DNA from: Oopsacas minuta
Lineage: Eukaryota > Animalia > Porifera
Assembly (NCBI GenBank): GCA_024704765.1
Contig: JAKMXF010000044.1
Coordinates: 806,001 to 870,000, forward strand
Length of the DNA stretch: 64,000 nucleotides
Direction of reading: 5' to 3'
The position numbers and the translations under genes are program-made. Below are positions 12,031 through 22,437 of this stretch, piece by piece; position 1 is the stretch's first letter, and each line of letters begins with the position of its first letter. The notes under the pieces were generated by a model that was given only the letters and a program-made list of their open reading frames with translations, ran no database searches and was not told the DNA's origin.

Positions 12031-13143
12031 TCAGGATGGCAGCTTATTATTAGATTCTATATATTTGAGGAACCATTGTACAATATTAAACGCAGCAGCA
12101 CTAGGAGGGAGACGACTTGTACTCACATCAGCTGACATTCTCCGGGTTTGTTCTTGTAACAATTGTGATGACGTAATTAACTCAGACAGGTATTGGTGTA
12201 GATGAGATTGCATGAGATTTATCCGTTGTTCACCACGTTTCTGTTCTAACCAAGAATCTTGTCCGATTAACTCCCAGAACTCTAAAACACGTCCCCAAAC
12301 AGTGTCTACTCCTCTGTCCTCCTTGCTGGAGACAAGGAGAGAGGGAGGCTTCCAACTAGAAAGTTTTGGTTTTAAAATCTTAAGAGCAGCTAGATATTCA
12401 GACTTAAGCTTCCTAGCAGCTGGTAATAGCTGTCCATCAGCTTTATTCACTACTATTATATCTGCCATTTCCATTATTCCTTTTTTTAATCCCTGCAAGT
12501 CATCTCCTCCTCCGGGAGGGAGTACTAACACGAAACAGTCTGTTATCTGAGATACGGCTACATCTGATTGTCCTGCTCCTACTGTCTCAACAAGTATGAC
12601 GTCATAGCCAGCTGCTTCACAGAGGGTGATAGCTGAGTGAGAAGTAGCTGTCACTCCTCCCAGAGTTCCAGATGAAGGTGAGGGACGAATATACGCATTA
12701 GGATGTTTTGAAAGACGCGCCATTCTAGTTTTATCTCCGAGAAGAGCGCCTAAAGTTTGTTGAGAAGAAGGATCTACAGCTAGCACAGCAACTCTGTGTC
12801 CCTGATTAACTAAATGCATGCCTAAGCTGTCTATAAAGGTTGATTTTCCAGCACCAGGAGGTCCGGACAATCCGATACGCATGGATAAGTCTCTTATGTT
12901 AAGATGGTCTTGTAACAGAGAGAGTAGGAGATTAGCTTGCATCTGTTTACGAGGACTACGTGACTCAATCAGTGTTATCCCCTCAGATAGAAATCTCCGG
13001 TCTTTTCCTATTATCCCATCAAATAGAGTATTAACTCTGTCTCTATCTGATTGTCTCAATTCATTTTGAAAAAAGGAGTGTATATTTGTAAAACATCTAA
13101 CCAGAAGTGGACCGGTTTGAAACAATTTTCGTACTGCAATCAT
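12031..13143 (-). CDS. MMAA: Methylmalonic aciduria type A GTPase (MeaB/ArgK family), mitochondrial
   Basis: IGLSGPPGAGKST, VLAVDPSS, AYIRPSPSSGTLGGV, VETVGAGQS, NKAD; basic transit-peptide-like N-terminus. Confidence 0.95.
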   Translation of the reverse strand: MIAVRKLFQTGPLLVRCFTNIHSFFQNELRQSDRDRVNTLFDGIIGKDRRFLSEGITLIESRSPRKQMQANLLLSLLQDHLNIRDLSMRIGLSGPPGAGKSTFIDSLGMHLVNQGHRVAVLAVDPSSQQTLGALLGDKTRMARLSKHPNAYIRPSPSSGTLGGVTATSHSAITLCEAAGYDVILVETVGAGQSDVAVSQITDCFVLVLPPGGGDDLQGLKKGIMEMADIIVVNKADGQLLPAARKLKSEYLAALKILKPKLSSWKPPSLLVSSKEDRGVDTVWGRVLEFWELIGQDSWLEQKRGEQRINLMQSHLHQYLSELITSSQLLQEQTRRMSADVSTSRLPPSAAAFNIVQWFLKYIESNNKLPS

Positions 13144-13291
13144 ACTTACATATTTATGAAAATGAATTTATTATTATGAGAAATAAACAAAATATTCTAA
13201 CACTGTCTACTTTCAAAAGCTAAGAGCTAATAAGTTACGTAATATTATTAATTTTAAGCACTACAGATTTATAACAATAATAGATAATAGT

Positions 13292-14104
13292 TTAACAAAA
13301 AACTGATATAACTCCTGTAATGAGAGTACCAAGTAGAAATAGAGATGTCTCAGAAATGAAAGAACGTGATTTACTCCTGCTAGACTCATTGAGTATCTCA
13401 GGCAGACATGAAGCACACACGATGTAGAAGAACCCACCTGTGATTGCAGATAGAATGAAGAGTGTATCTTCAGTTAGAAATTCCTGTGAAAATAATCCTA
13501 TAGCGACCCCTGAAATCCCACCAATACTTGTCAATAATTGTAATTTTAGTGCCGTGTTTAAACTGAATCCAGATTGCAGAAGAATGGAGAAGTCACCAAT
13601 TTCATGAGGTATCTCGTGAATTATTATTACACAGGTAGTTATAATACCATTTCTAATGCCATTCGAATAACTAGTAGTAATAGATAACGCGTGTACGAAG
13701 TTATCCATAATATTAGCAAATACGTTAAGATATCCTATTGTAGAAAAACTATCTCCTTCTCCGCCATTAGTATCTTCTGGTGCTGACATAATGAGGGAGA
13801 ACAGTTTATCACCGAGGAGAAATACTATGAACCCTCCCAGACAAACCTTTGCTATCCACTTTAGACTGTACTCATCCATTTGATCTTGTGATAGAGCAAT
13901 CCTCCAAATCTCAGGGAGAAGATGCAGGAATATCTCGGATACGAGACAACCAGTAGCGAAGTACATTGCAAGGAGTTTGAGTGAAACAAACCCGTCATTA
14001 TTACTATGTTTGATAATATACTTATAAGGAAAGAATGGTAGAATACCGCAGCAACCTACTAGTGCTGTTGATAGAAATGGATACAAAAAACGGTTCACGT
14101 CCAT
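13292..14104 (-). CDS. SLC39A13: ZIP zinc transporter, LIV-1 subfamily, ZIP13-like
   Basis: FLHLLPE, GYLNVFANIMDNFVHAL (DNFxH as in ZIP13 rather than ZIP7 HNFTD), HEIPHEIGDFSILL; multiple TM segments. Confidence 0.85.
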   Translation of the reverse strand: MDVNRFLYPFLSTALVGCCGILPFFPYKYIIKHSNNDGFVSLKLLAMYFATGCLVSEIFLHLLPEIWRIALSQDQMDEYSLKWIAKVCLGGFIVFLLGDKLFSLIMSAPEDTNGGEGDSFSTIGYLNVFANIMDNFVHALSITTSYSNGIRNGIITTCVIIIHEIPHEIGDFSILLQSGFSLNTALKLQLLTSIGGISGVAIGLFSQEFLTEDTLFILSAITGGFFYIVCASCLPEILNESSRSKSRSFISETSLFLLGTLITGVISVFC

Positions 14105-15748
14105 ATCGATATATCAGGGGCGTCGAATAGAAGTTGTTATTGGACTAATGTATTGAATATTCAAGGATATGGTGGATTGCCTTTAGATAAATGTATCACC
14201 AGAATTATATTGCAGATTAAAGTATCAGTTACAGGAAATTCCCTACTAAGCCTTATAAGGTCACAAGAGTTGTGTTATCAAAAAGTAAAGATAATATATT
14301 GAGGGTAACACAGTGCAGAGAAGTTATGAGGAAGTAACAATGTCGACATTTTTATCTAGTCTTACACACATAATTTTGTTGTTTAGAATAAGCATCTTCG
14401 AATATGGTTCTAAAGTACAGTAGTAATATGTAAGCATGGTAATCAAAACAAATATTCTGTTATCCCACAGCAATAAACTACACCTGCGTACTCTTGTCGT
14501 AACAGATTAGAAAGGAATATTCAGGAATGCATAATATTAGGCATTAATTACAATCTAATTATGAATAGGTGGAAAATTGATCATGGAGGGGAAAGTTCTT
14601 ACTTTGAGCATACGAAGCACATAATTGCATAGTAATACTATTATTATTTTTGATAATTCTACAGAAAGTAAATCTTGTGTGTGTATAGGGATTATCCCAA
14701 ATTAATAAGATAATATTAAGAAGAGTTTAACCATAACCTTGCCATAATGATATAAGCTTTCCAAAAAAGTAATTTAATATGGAATAACTAATAAATAATT
14801 CTGTATATACCATTTATATGACATTGCTATTACTGAAAAGATTATTAAGATTTTCGTTATTTAGGCTAAAATAGATGAGTAACGCAGAAATAAATATCCT
14901 GAATAAATTACTAGAAGTAATAATCGATATCTACCGCATGGGCGTTGTAAATTTTCGTCTGCTCTCCGTCCGCAGGGAAGCTACAATTCAAGGACAGATT
15001 GGGCCATGATTTAACACTAAAACATTATTTTCAGTAGTGGAGAGCTGGGAATCGAGACATCAAACAATTTTTCGATTGTATATGATGAAAGTTAGATAAT
15101 ATGTACCTACGTCTACAAGATACAATTACAGCAATAAAATACCACATTACGAATTATAATCATTCACGATCACGGTTTATTGAGCCGTTTGACAGGAACA
15201 TAATTCCAAAGGTCTAAATAGGTGATGATAAAGTAATGCAATTAACGAGAATCTAGTAAAACATTGTCATATATCTATAATAGTAAATCTCAATTAATGT
15301 GTGTATGTGTGTCTTTCTGTCTGTCACGCTCCCATATAGAAAACATAGGTTCAGTTCATAAAGTCCAGAACCAATTATTACACAACATAACAACAACAAA
15401 ACAACATTGTACTGAGGTAATCGAGTATATCGAGCATGACTCCGAACATGATATTGTAAAACATCATAATGTGAATATTTGTTTACTTTTAGGTACATAA
15501 GGTAAGCAAATTCAAATTCGTAGTAGATTCATACTTTCAACGGCTATACTGGATTAATCGAGAATGCTGAGTCCAAATATGATATTGCAAACAACATTTC
15601 ATAAATATCTGTTCACTTTTGGGGACATAAAGTAAGCAGATTTAAAGATCATAGCACTATCATGTTGGCCACGGTTAAGATTATGAGTTTATGTACTCGA
15701 GGGCTATAGGCCTGAGTGCGGGCACGAAGTGATCGCAACCGCGTAACA

Positions 15749-15770
15749 CGAGCAAGCGAAGCGCGCTAGT
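15749..15770 (+). mobile_element. Helitron-like 3' terminus (GC-rich segment followed by CTAG)
   Basis: CGAGCAAGCGAAGCGCGCTAGT, 21/22 identical to the reverse complement at about 42726-42747. A related piece (TGTTCGCAAGCAGCG) lies at about 16021. Confidence 0.45.
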
Positions 15771-17200
15771 TTAGTTTAATATCTAGAGCTATACTAGGGC
15801 GTAGGTAGGGGGCAAATGGAATAGTGGCCGCCCCACTTTTAGCTTTAACAGGAACGATTTGGAAGATGTTAATCAAAGAAAATTCCATATTTTAATCAAC
15901 CTTTCTGATTCATAATTTAAAGAATGTAAATCTATATTATTAAACCTCAATTATTGTGTGTTTGTTTGTTTTTTGTCCACTTTGTATTATAATAATAGGG
16001 GAAGATGATCTAACACAGAATGTTCGCAAGCAGCGCAGCGAGCTGATCTTAGATAAATAATTAAATCACAAAATATTTTAAATGTGGCAATTTTCGTCGT
16101 ACTTGATTCGGCATCGTGGATAATTTACAACCTAAATACGACAAATTTTCAGGACTGTTTCATCCGGAACATGGATAAGTGGTAATATTTCATTTATTAG
16201 TCCAACTATAAAATTTCCATTTAAAATTTTACTGAACCTATGATAGGTAAAATATTCAAATATTCAGGAGTGTTGAATTAGTTAGATGCGAATATAAAGA
16301 AACCATTTGCTCCAAATTTTGGGATAAAATAATATTCTACAAGCTTAACGCATAAGGATGTAACAGTCCTAAAAATTTGGTTCAAATCCTGACTTCCCTT
16401 GACTATCCGTTGATACGAAATCTCTGAGCTGAGTTAGTACTTAGTAGTCATCATGAAATCATTTACTATAAGCATCCGTAATTACATATAGTATACTTAC
16501 TTACTTAATAATTATCGCGGGTATGGATAATCCTTGAAACTCTATCATCAAAGAATTAATCGAAATTGTAAGATGGAATGGAGAAGATGAAACTGACTAA
16601 CCTCTATCAATATTGATGAAATTAATAAATTTAATTTGAAGTAAATATTATCAGCTAAAAGTGATTATCAATAACAGAAACGCTCATATATAATTAAGCG
16701 AGTAGAAAGATTAGTCTGCTAGTAATAAGTCTAGTATCAATTCGTGTCTTCATCTGAAGCAGGTAATTCTGTGTTATCAGCTGATGCTTCAGGAGAGTCT
16801 TCCTATATGAATTATATTGTTATAGAAAAGGGAAACTCCCCATACACTTATAATACATTTCGATATGATATCTCTGCTGAATATGAAGCATATACCCAAT
16901 TATCCATATATGGTGTTATTCATGATTACGGTATAATTCTGGAGATTTCAAACAATTTAGCCCAAAAAGGTTAACAATTATAGAGACCCCCTTATAGAGA
17001 CCCCCTTATAGAGGTTACACTGCAGGGGTGGATCTAGCTTCATGCAGCCTAAAATTTCACACTATTAGAATGTATTGTAGTGACATTATGGCGACGATTG
17101 GTATAAATGAATGGATTGCCGGTACTGACCAACGTGCTGGTTAACGCGTATAGCGGTATAGGTATTGGTTTCACTGTGCCGATTATAGTATAGTATAGTA

Positions 17201-18546
17201 CAGGGTGTTAAGAAATTGATGCCCTAATCACTTAATCCACAATAATGTAACCATAGTTTCAGTGTTCAATCTTATGAAATACACCCACTCTTATTTCATT
17301 TTAACAACCAGTTTTAGACAATTTTAGTATACCATTCTCAGTCAGAATGCCAATTTCTATTTTGTATATTATCAAACCCGATTGTACAAATTATAGTGTA
17401 TAATAATGGTCAAAGAAGCTACTTCCGCCACAAGAAGCAGGGCAGTAGGAATGGTATTGGGTGGAATGACTCAGATACGGGTTTCACAGAGCTTAGGAGT
17501 AAATATTCGAACAATTCGACGTTGGTTGAGCCGCAATAAGTCAGGTCGCTCCCTCGAAAACAAGCCTGGACGTGGACGCAAATCCACAATCACAAAAATT
17601 GCTAAAATCGTCATTGCAAAATCGATTTGCAAAAGACACCAATCAACGCGGAGATTGGCTAAGCGCTTACACTCCAAGGGATGCCCAGTGTCTCATGTAA
17701 CAGTACATACATATTTAAGAAGTATACTCTCTGTCAAGCCCTTTAAACCTCAAAAACAGCCAAAAATCACCGAAAAACAGCGGATGGCTCGCCTTAAATT
17801 TTGTAAAGATCGGAAATCCTGGAAAAAAGAAGAGTGGCGCCGGGTATTGTTCTCAGATGAGTCTCCCTTCGAATTATATCCTCACTTAAACCATCAGAAT
17901 GATCGTGTCTGGGCTTACAAACAGTCTCAAGTTTTACCAACTGAAACCGTGAAATTCCCCTCAAAAATCCTCGTTTGGGGTATGATGTCATATCGTGCAG
18001 TGTCAGAACTCCATATCATCCCCAAAGGTCAAACTGTTAACGCGGATTATTATGTAAGAGAGATATTGAATAAGTCATTGATGTCTACTATGCAGCGCCA
18101 ACCAGAAGAAGCGAGTATTTTACGTCGCAAGATGTTGCCAGACATGTCACGAGCCATCTTTCAACAGGATGGTGCTCCGGCTCACACTGCCAAAAAAACG
18201 CAAGAATGGTGTGATAACAATTTAGTCGAATTTTGGACAAAGGAAACTTGGCCAGGTAACTCTCCGGACCTCAATCCCATTGAAAATTTGTGGTCAATAG
18301 TCAAACATGATATTCAAATGATGCCTACTCCAACCAACGTTTTGATGCTGGAAAATCATGTAAAGCTGGCTTGGTCGAGGATATCTCCAGAAATTTTGGA
18401 GAATTTAGTATCTGGGATGTGTAATAGAGTTAAATTATGTATAAAACGTAAAGGTGGTTATATTGGAAAGTGATCACCACTTTCTATACCGCTGATTTCA
18501 AACTGTTACTCAAATATAATTAGGGCATCAATTTCTTAACACCCTG
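17201..18546 (+). mobile_element. Complete Tc1/mariner-superfamily DD37E transposon (1346 bp)
   Basis: Perfect 28-bp TIRs CAGGGTGTTAAGAAATTGATGCCCTAAT, TA on both flanks, single intact transposase ORF. Confidence 0.95.
17406..18473 (+). CDS. Tc1-like transposase, DD37E triad
   Basis: 355 aa; N-terminal HTH, GRGRK linker, FSDES, FQQDGAPAH, WPGNSPDLNPIENLW. I count 37 residues between the second D and the E. Confidence 0.95.
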   Translation: MVKEATSATRSRAVGMVLGGMTQIRVSQSLGVNIRTIRRWLSRNKSGRSLENKPGRGRKSTITKIAKIVIAKSICKRHQSTRRLAKRLHSKGCPVSHVTVHTYLRSILSVKPFKPQKQPKITEKQRMARLKFCKDRKSWKKEEWRRVLFSDESPFELYPHLNHQNDRVWAYKQSQVLPTETVKFPSKILVWGMMSYRAVSELHIIPKGQTVNADYYVREILNKSLMSTMQRQPEEASILRRKMLPDMSRAIFQQDGAPAHTAKKTQEWCDNNLVEFWTKETWPGNSPDLNPIENLWSIVKHDIQMMPTPTNVLMLENHVKLAWSRISPEILENLVSGMCNRVKLCIKRKGGYIGK

Positions 18547-18879
18547 TACAGTGGCTCAGTATTAAAATGGGTGCTTTAGTCTTGTGTAATGCCGACTACA
18601 AGTTATTGAGCTAGTATTGAGACTACGGCCAATATGTATTATTTTTAAGGCCAAATTATTCTCAGAATATATATTCTTGATAATGGAGAAGTGAAGAAAT
18701 TTATATTATTAGATTTCGGGTATTTTCCTCATTATTGTACTTTGTTAGATAAATTTTGCAACATACAACTGTTTGTACAGCAAATAATAATGTCAGTTTC
18801 TAATAAATTGACAAGATTTTTAGTATTAGATTCCATTCGCCATGTAGATTCTCTAATATAGGGTTAAACGAACAATTCC

Positions 18880-20175
18880 TTAGTCTCTCGAAAGCCTTAG
18901 GGTTATGAACCTGAACGACGCATCATTTAGTATTCGGCCAGAATTCTAGATCCATAATTTGATGTAAAGTATTATTGTATTGGGTAAACAGTAAGAAAGT
19001 TCCTAAATAGTCAATACCTTTTCTACTTCCTTATCAGATGTGTCTTGAGGTTTTTGAGTAACTTCAGCTGGAGCACCTTCAGCTGTTCCCTCAGTATCAG
19101 AACCATCAGCTGGAGCACCTTCAGCTGTTCCCTCAGTATCAGAACCATCCTGTATATCTTTGACACCCTCTCCTTTGTCCTCATCTACAACAGGCTCAGT
19201 AGTGTCTGCTTCTGGTAATGAGCCTACAATATCTTCTTTATCAGATTCAGGCTTATCATCTTTCACGCTATCAGCTGTAACTGCTGTCTGTTCAGCCTCA
19301 GGAGCATCATCTTGAGTTTCTATAAATATAATATATTGTAGGCCAAACCCTAATTCTACTGGACTACAGGTATTATCGAAATAGCCGCTTTTATCGAAGT
19401 CTGAAATTGTTCAAATATCAAATATGATTCCAAACCGTCAGGTTATATATATTTCTTTACATATTTCTAAGTAATTATCGGAATCTCTTGAGCTTCGACA
19501 TAACAGGAGTTGATTACTATAGATAATTTCAAATTTTATCTTGTAACTATTAATTAAGGTTGAAACCGACCGAACCGAATATCAGTAGCCATCAATAGCT
19601 GTCTTACCGAATACGAATACGAATACTGATAATATTCGGTGACTCATACCGAATACGAATACTGATAATATTCGGTTACTCATACCGAATACGAATACTG
19701 ATAATATTCGGTTACTCATACCGAATACGAATACTGATAATATTCGGTTACTCATACCGAATACGAATACTGATATTCGGTTGGTAACCGAATATTGAAC
19801 TATTCGCCAAATATTATTCGGTTGCAACCTTGCTATTAATCTACCTCGTTCTTCAGCCAATTGTTCCTCTCCATTAGGTACTTCTACCACGGCTTCATCT
19901 CCTTGCTGCTCTACTTCTGCTTGAGGTGTTTCTACCAAATCAGTCTCAGTATCCGCTACTGTGTCACCCTCAGCTGCTAGCTCTTTCTCAGCCTTGGGTG
20001 TATATCCATCATATCCAGTCTCTTCTCGCAGCTTCATGAGCCGAGTAAAATGCTCTGTTGCATATTCTAGAATGTTTTCTGGTTGTCTACGAAGCACTTC
20101 CTTGCAGAGACTCTCAAGGAGGTGTTCAAATCCTTTGGGTGTCTTTAGTTGGGCTTGTGAGTAGGTAGATGACAT
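18880..20175 (-). CDS. SPA17: Sp17-like protein with an RIIa dimerisation/docking domain and an acidic tail; last exon uncertain
   Basis: Exon 1 20175-19845 (MSSTYSQAQLKTPKGFEHLLESLCKEVLRRQPENILEYATEHF). Exon 2 19319-19018 is acidic with DGSDTEGTAEGAPA x2. Putative exon 3 is 18945-18880. Confidence 0.75.
19555..19832. mobile_element. hAT-type MITE (278 bp) with an internal 36-bp tandem repeat, in Sp17 intron 1
   Basis: TIRs TAAGGTTGAAACCGA / TCGGTTGCAACCTTG, 8-bp TSD CTATTAAT, about 5 copies of CCGAATACGAATACTGATAATATTCGGTTACTCATA. Confidence 0.9.
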
Positions 20176-20864
20176 AATAACCAAATATAAACTAGATTTT
20201 GAAATAGAACCATGGATAACCAAGAATTTCACTCCTAATTTTGGTAGTTGTAAGTTTTGCCAAATCTCGAGTGTCAGTACGTAAACGAATTCTTTAAGAC
20301 GTTAAGTTGTGTCGTCTATTAATTGATACTATTTTCGAAACTAGCGCAGAATAACGAAAATCACTAAACTATACTATTACATATCGTGATGGGGAATCAC
20401 AGAATCTTTTTGAACGACGATTGTCAAGCATCACCTTTGCCATATTTCGGTAAGATCCATTGTGCTACAATAACCTGTGGTTCTCAAGGTAAAATAGGGC
20501 AAATCAAAAAGTTAGCATTTTTCTCAAAAACTGACAAAAGTAGAAAAGCTCCGCATATTCACAATCTGAGGGGCAGGGCGTCCCACTAAAGGGAACTGTA
20601 GCCAAGTATTCACTTTTATCTCATTTGTAGCATACTGTATTTATATCACCAACAAAATTGAGATTTTGACTAATCCAAATCGCTAATTTACGGACACTCA
20701 ATTTTGAAGGAAATATATGCAAGTTTCAAACTACCACGAATATCCAAGCATGTTATATTACGTATTCGGAAATATGTTTCAATAATTCTATAAATAAATA
20801 TCTTAACATCAGTAGCAATCTAACTCTTTTCATTCCTCATATTAATAATAATTATACAAGTGAG

Positions 20865-22238
20865 TCATGTTATCAGTTTGTTGAAGAAAGCTGATATACT
20901 ATCTTTGGTAGCAGGTTTATGCTGACTAGGATCCATACCACGTAGTCCAGGCCTGCTGGAGTAACTAGATTGAGGATTCGTAGAAGTACGACTGTAGTCA
21001 AGTTTAGGTCTATCAGTTGGGTCGAGTTGACACCAGTCAGGAACTTTCCATCCTTTCTTAACGAATTGCTCTCTTTTTAAAGCGCGGGCATCAAAAGCCT
21101 GTGTGCAAGCTCCAACTACTGAACCTCCATGCCAACCAAGGATATTTTCGTGGATGATAGGCATGTGTATGCTGAATACGACCTTGCTACCTAATTTCCC
21201 TTCATGTTCTTTGGAAAAGATAAGATTTATTTCCTCCATTATCCGTTTCTTGAATCCAGGCAGCATGGTAGGTCCTCCAGCTAGCACTATGTTACCAGAA
21301 AGAGGAACCCTCAGGTCAATTGGGAGTTTTAGAAAGCATTCTGCGATCTCTTGGGAGAGAGTGCGTTCTGGGAGGAGATCCAGAGGAAATCCATCTATTT
21401 CTTCTGGGTAGATAGAGAACAAACACTCTGCTACCCTGTGCCTCAGCTCTCCAGGTACACACAGGAGCAGACTTGGATCAGTGGGGACATTAAGGTGTGC
21501 GTCTGGGGGTGTACGGGTTTCATCGATACATCTAACTGCGCACATTCTACAACGCACATCCTCCAGGAACTCTTGTGTAAGAACATCTTCCACTTTCTTA
21601 TCAACTCTCTCTAGAGTTCCTACTTTCACGAGAGAGGCTTGCTTAGAGAGATTGAAGCGTAGCCAATTCAACATATACTCTCCTCCGAAACCAGGGATAT
21701 CTCTACAGAGAGACAAGAGAACGATGGAGCAGGAGATAGGTGTAATTCTAGTACCTGTATGTCCTATGTCAATAACGAGACCCTCTTCTTGTCCTACTGA
21801 GTGTAGACAAGCAATAGAATGAGGGAAGAATAGAATGGAGTGTACCTGGTAAGACAAGAATAGACATTTGGCTATACTCTCCTTCAAGGGAGAGGGGTTG
21901 AATACAGACTCTAGAATCAACACACGATACTCCCTGGGATTTATCTGGTAGTGGTTGTAGAATAGATCAGAAAACATATCGTAGAGTGCTAATTCCAATT
22001 CACGAGCAGAATTAGGCTCTGAACTCGGTTTGTAAGGAAATATTTTGAGTATTTTATCACGCTCTAATCCTCTCCCATGTATACGAGTAGGGATTATAAA
22101 TCTGGGAGCTGAGTCACCATCGAATCCTAGCTTCGTGTGAAGAGTTCCGATATCCAGAATGAGAGTGTCTGGTGCAGACCGGACTATCTTATCTATAGAT
22201 CGTAGCTTAGCCATAGCAGAGTGACCAGTCTTACTCAT
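20865..22238 (-). CDS. ACTR10: Actin-related protein 10 (dynactin Arp11)
   Basis: LILDIGTLHTKLGFDGDSAPRFIIP, RVLILESVFNP, GLVIDIGHTGTRITPI, NIVLAGGPTMLPGFKKR, VPDWC. Confidence 0.9.
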   Translation of the reverse strand: MSKTGHSAMAKLRSIDKIVRSAPDTLILDIGTLHTKLGFDGDSAPRFIIPTRIHGRGLERDKILKIFPYKPSSEPNSARELELALYDMFSDLFYNHYQINPREYRVLILESVFNPSPLKESIAKCLFLSYQVHSILFFPHSIACLHSVGQEEGLVIDIGHTGTRITPISCSIVLLSLCRDIPGFGGEYMLNWLRFNLSKQASLVKVGTLERVDKKVEDVLTQEFLEDVRCRMCAVRCIDETRTPPDAHLNVPTDPSLLLCVPGELRHRVAECLFSIYPEEIDGFPLDLLPERTLSQEIAECFLKLPIDLRVPLSGNIVLAGGPTMLPGFKKRIMEEINLIFSKEHEGKLGSKVVFSIHMPIIHENILGWHGGSVVGACTQAFDARALKREQFVKKGWKVPDWCQLDPTDRPKLDYSRTSTNPQSSYSSRPGLRGMDPSQHKPATKDSISAFFNKLIT

Positions 22239-22296
22239 GTCTAAACGCTAACTGTTGCAGGAATAAGTATAATTATCATAATAATGAATGTGTTTA

Positions 22297-22437
22297 GGAG
22301 CGTTCAAACATTACGTAACGCTACAAGGGGAGAGGGTGGTATGCGAAGTGTACTCATTCATTTTGTAGTACAAAACGGTGAATAAGCGTGACAAAGGGAG
22401 GGGGCAAATTTAGCGTTATGTAACGTTTGAAGGCACT
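22297..22437. mobile_element. PIF/Harbinger-like (Tourist-type) MITE, 141 bp
   Basis: Imperfect 26-bp TIRs GGAGCGTTCAAACATTACGTAACGCT / AGCGTTATGTAACGTTTGAAGGCACT, flanked by TTA on both sides. Confidence 0.7.

Noticed and set aside
11978-13069. Plus-strand ORFs antisense to MMAA, and similar antisense ORFs on ACTR10, MFS and SGPL1
   Set aside because: Shadow frames of real genes on the opposite strand.
15420-15660. Degenerate tandem duplication of about 135 bp and the overlapping ORFs at 15253-15500
   Set aside because: Low identity, no coding signal; likely old repeat debris.
19607-19790. Palindromic 36-bp direct repeats resembling a CRISPR array
   Set aside because: No unique spacers, bounded by TIRs and a TSD, eukaryotic context and no cas genes.
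19582-19845. ORF-track C-terminus with (MSNRILSVFVFG)n repeats on the Sp17 ORF
   Set aside because: It is read-through into intron 1; the peptide repeat is the MITE's 36-bp unit.
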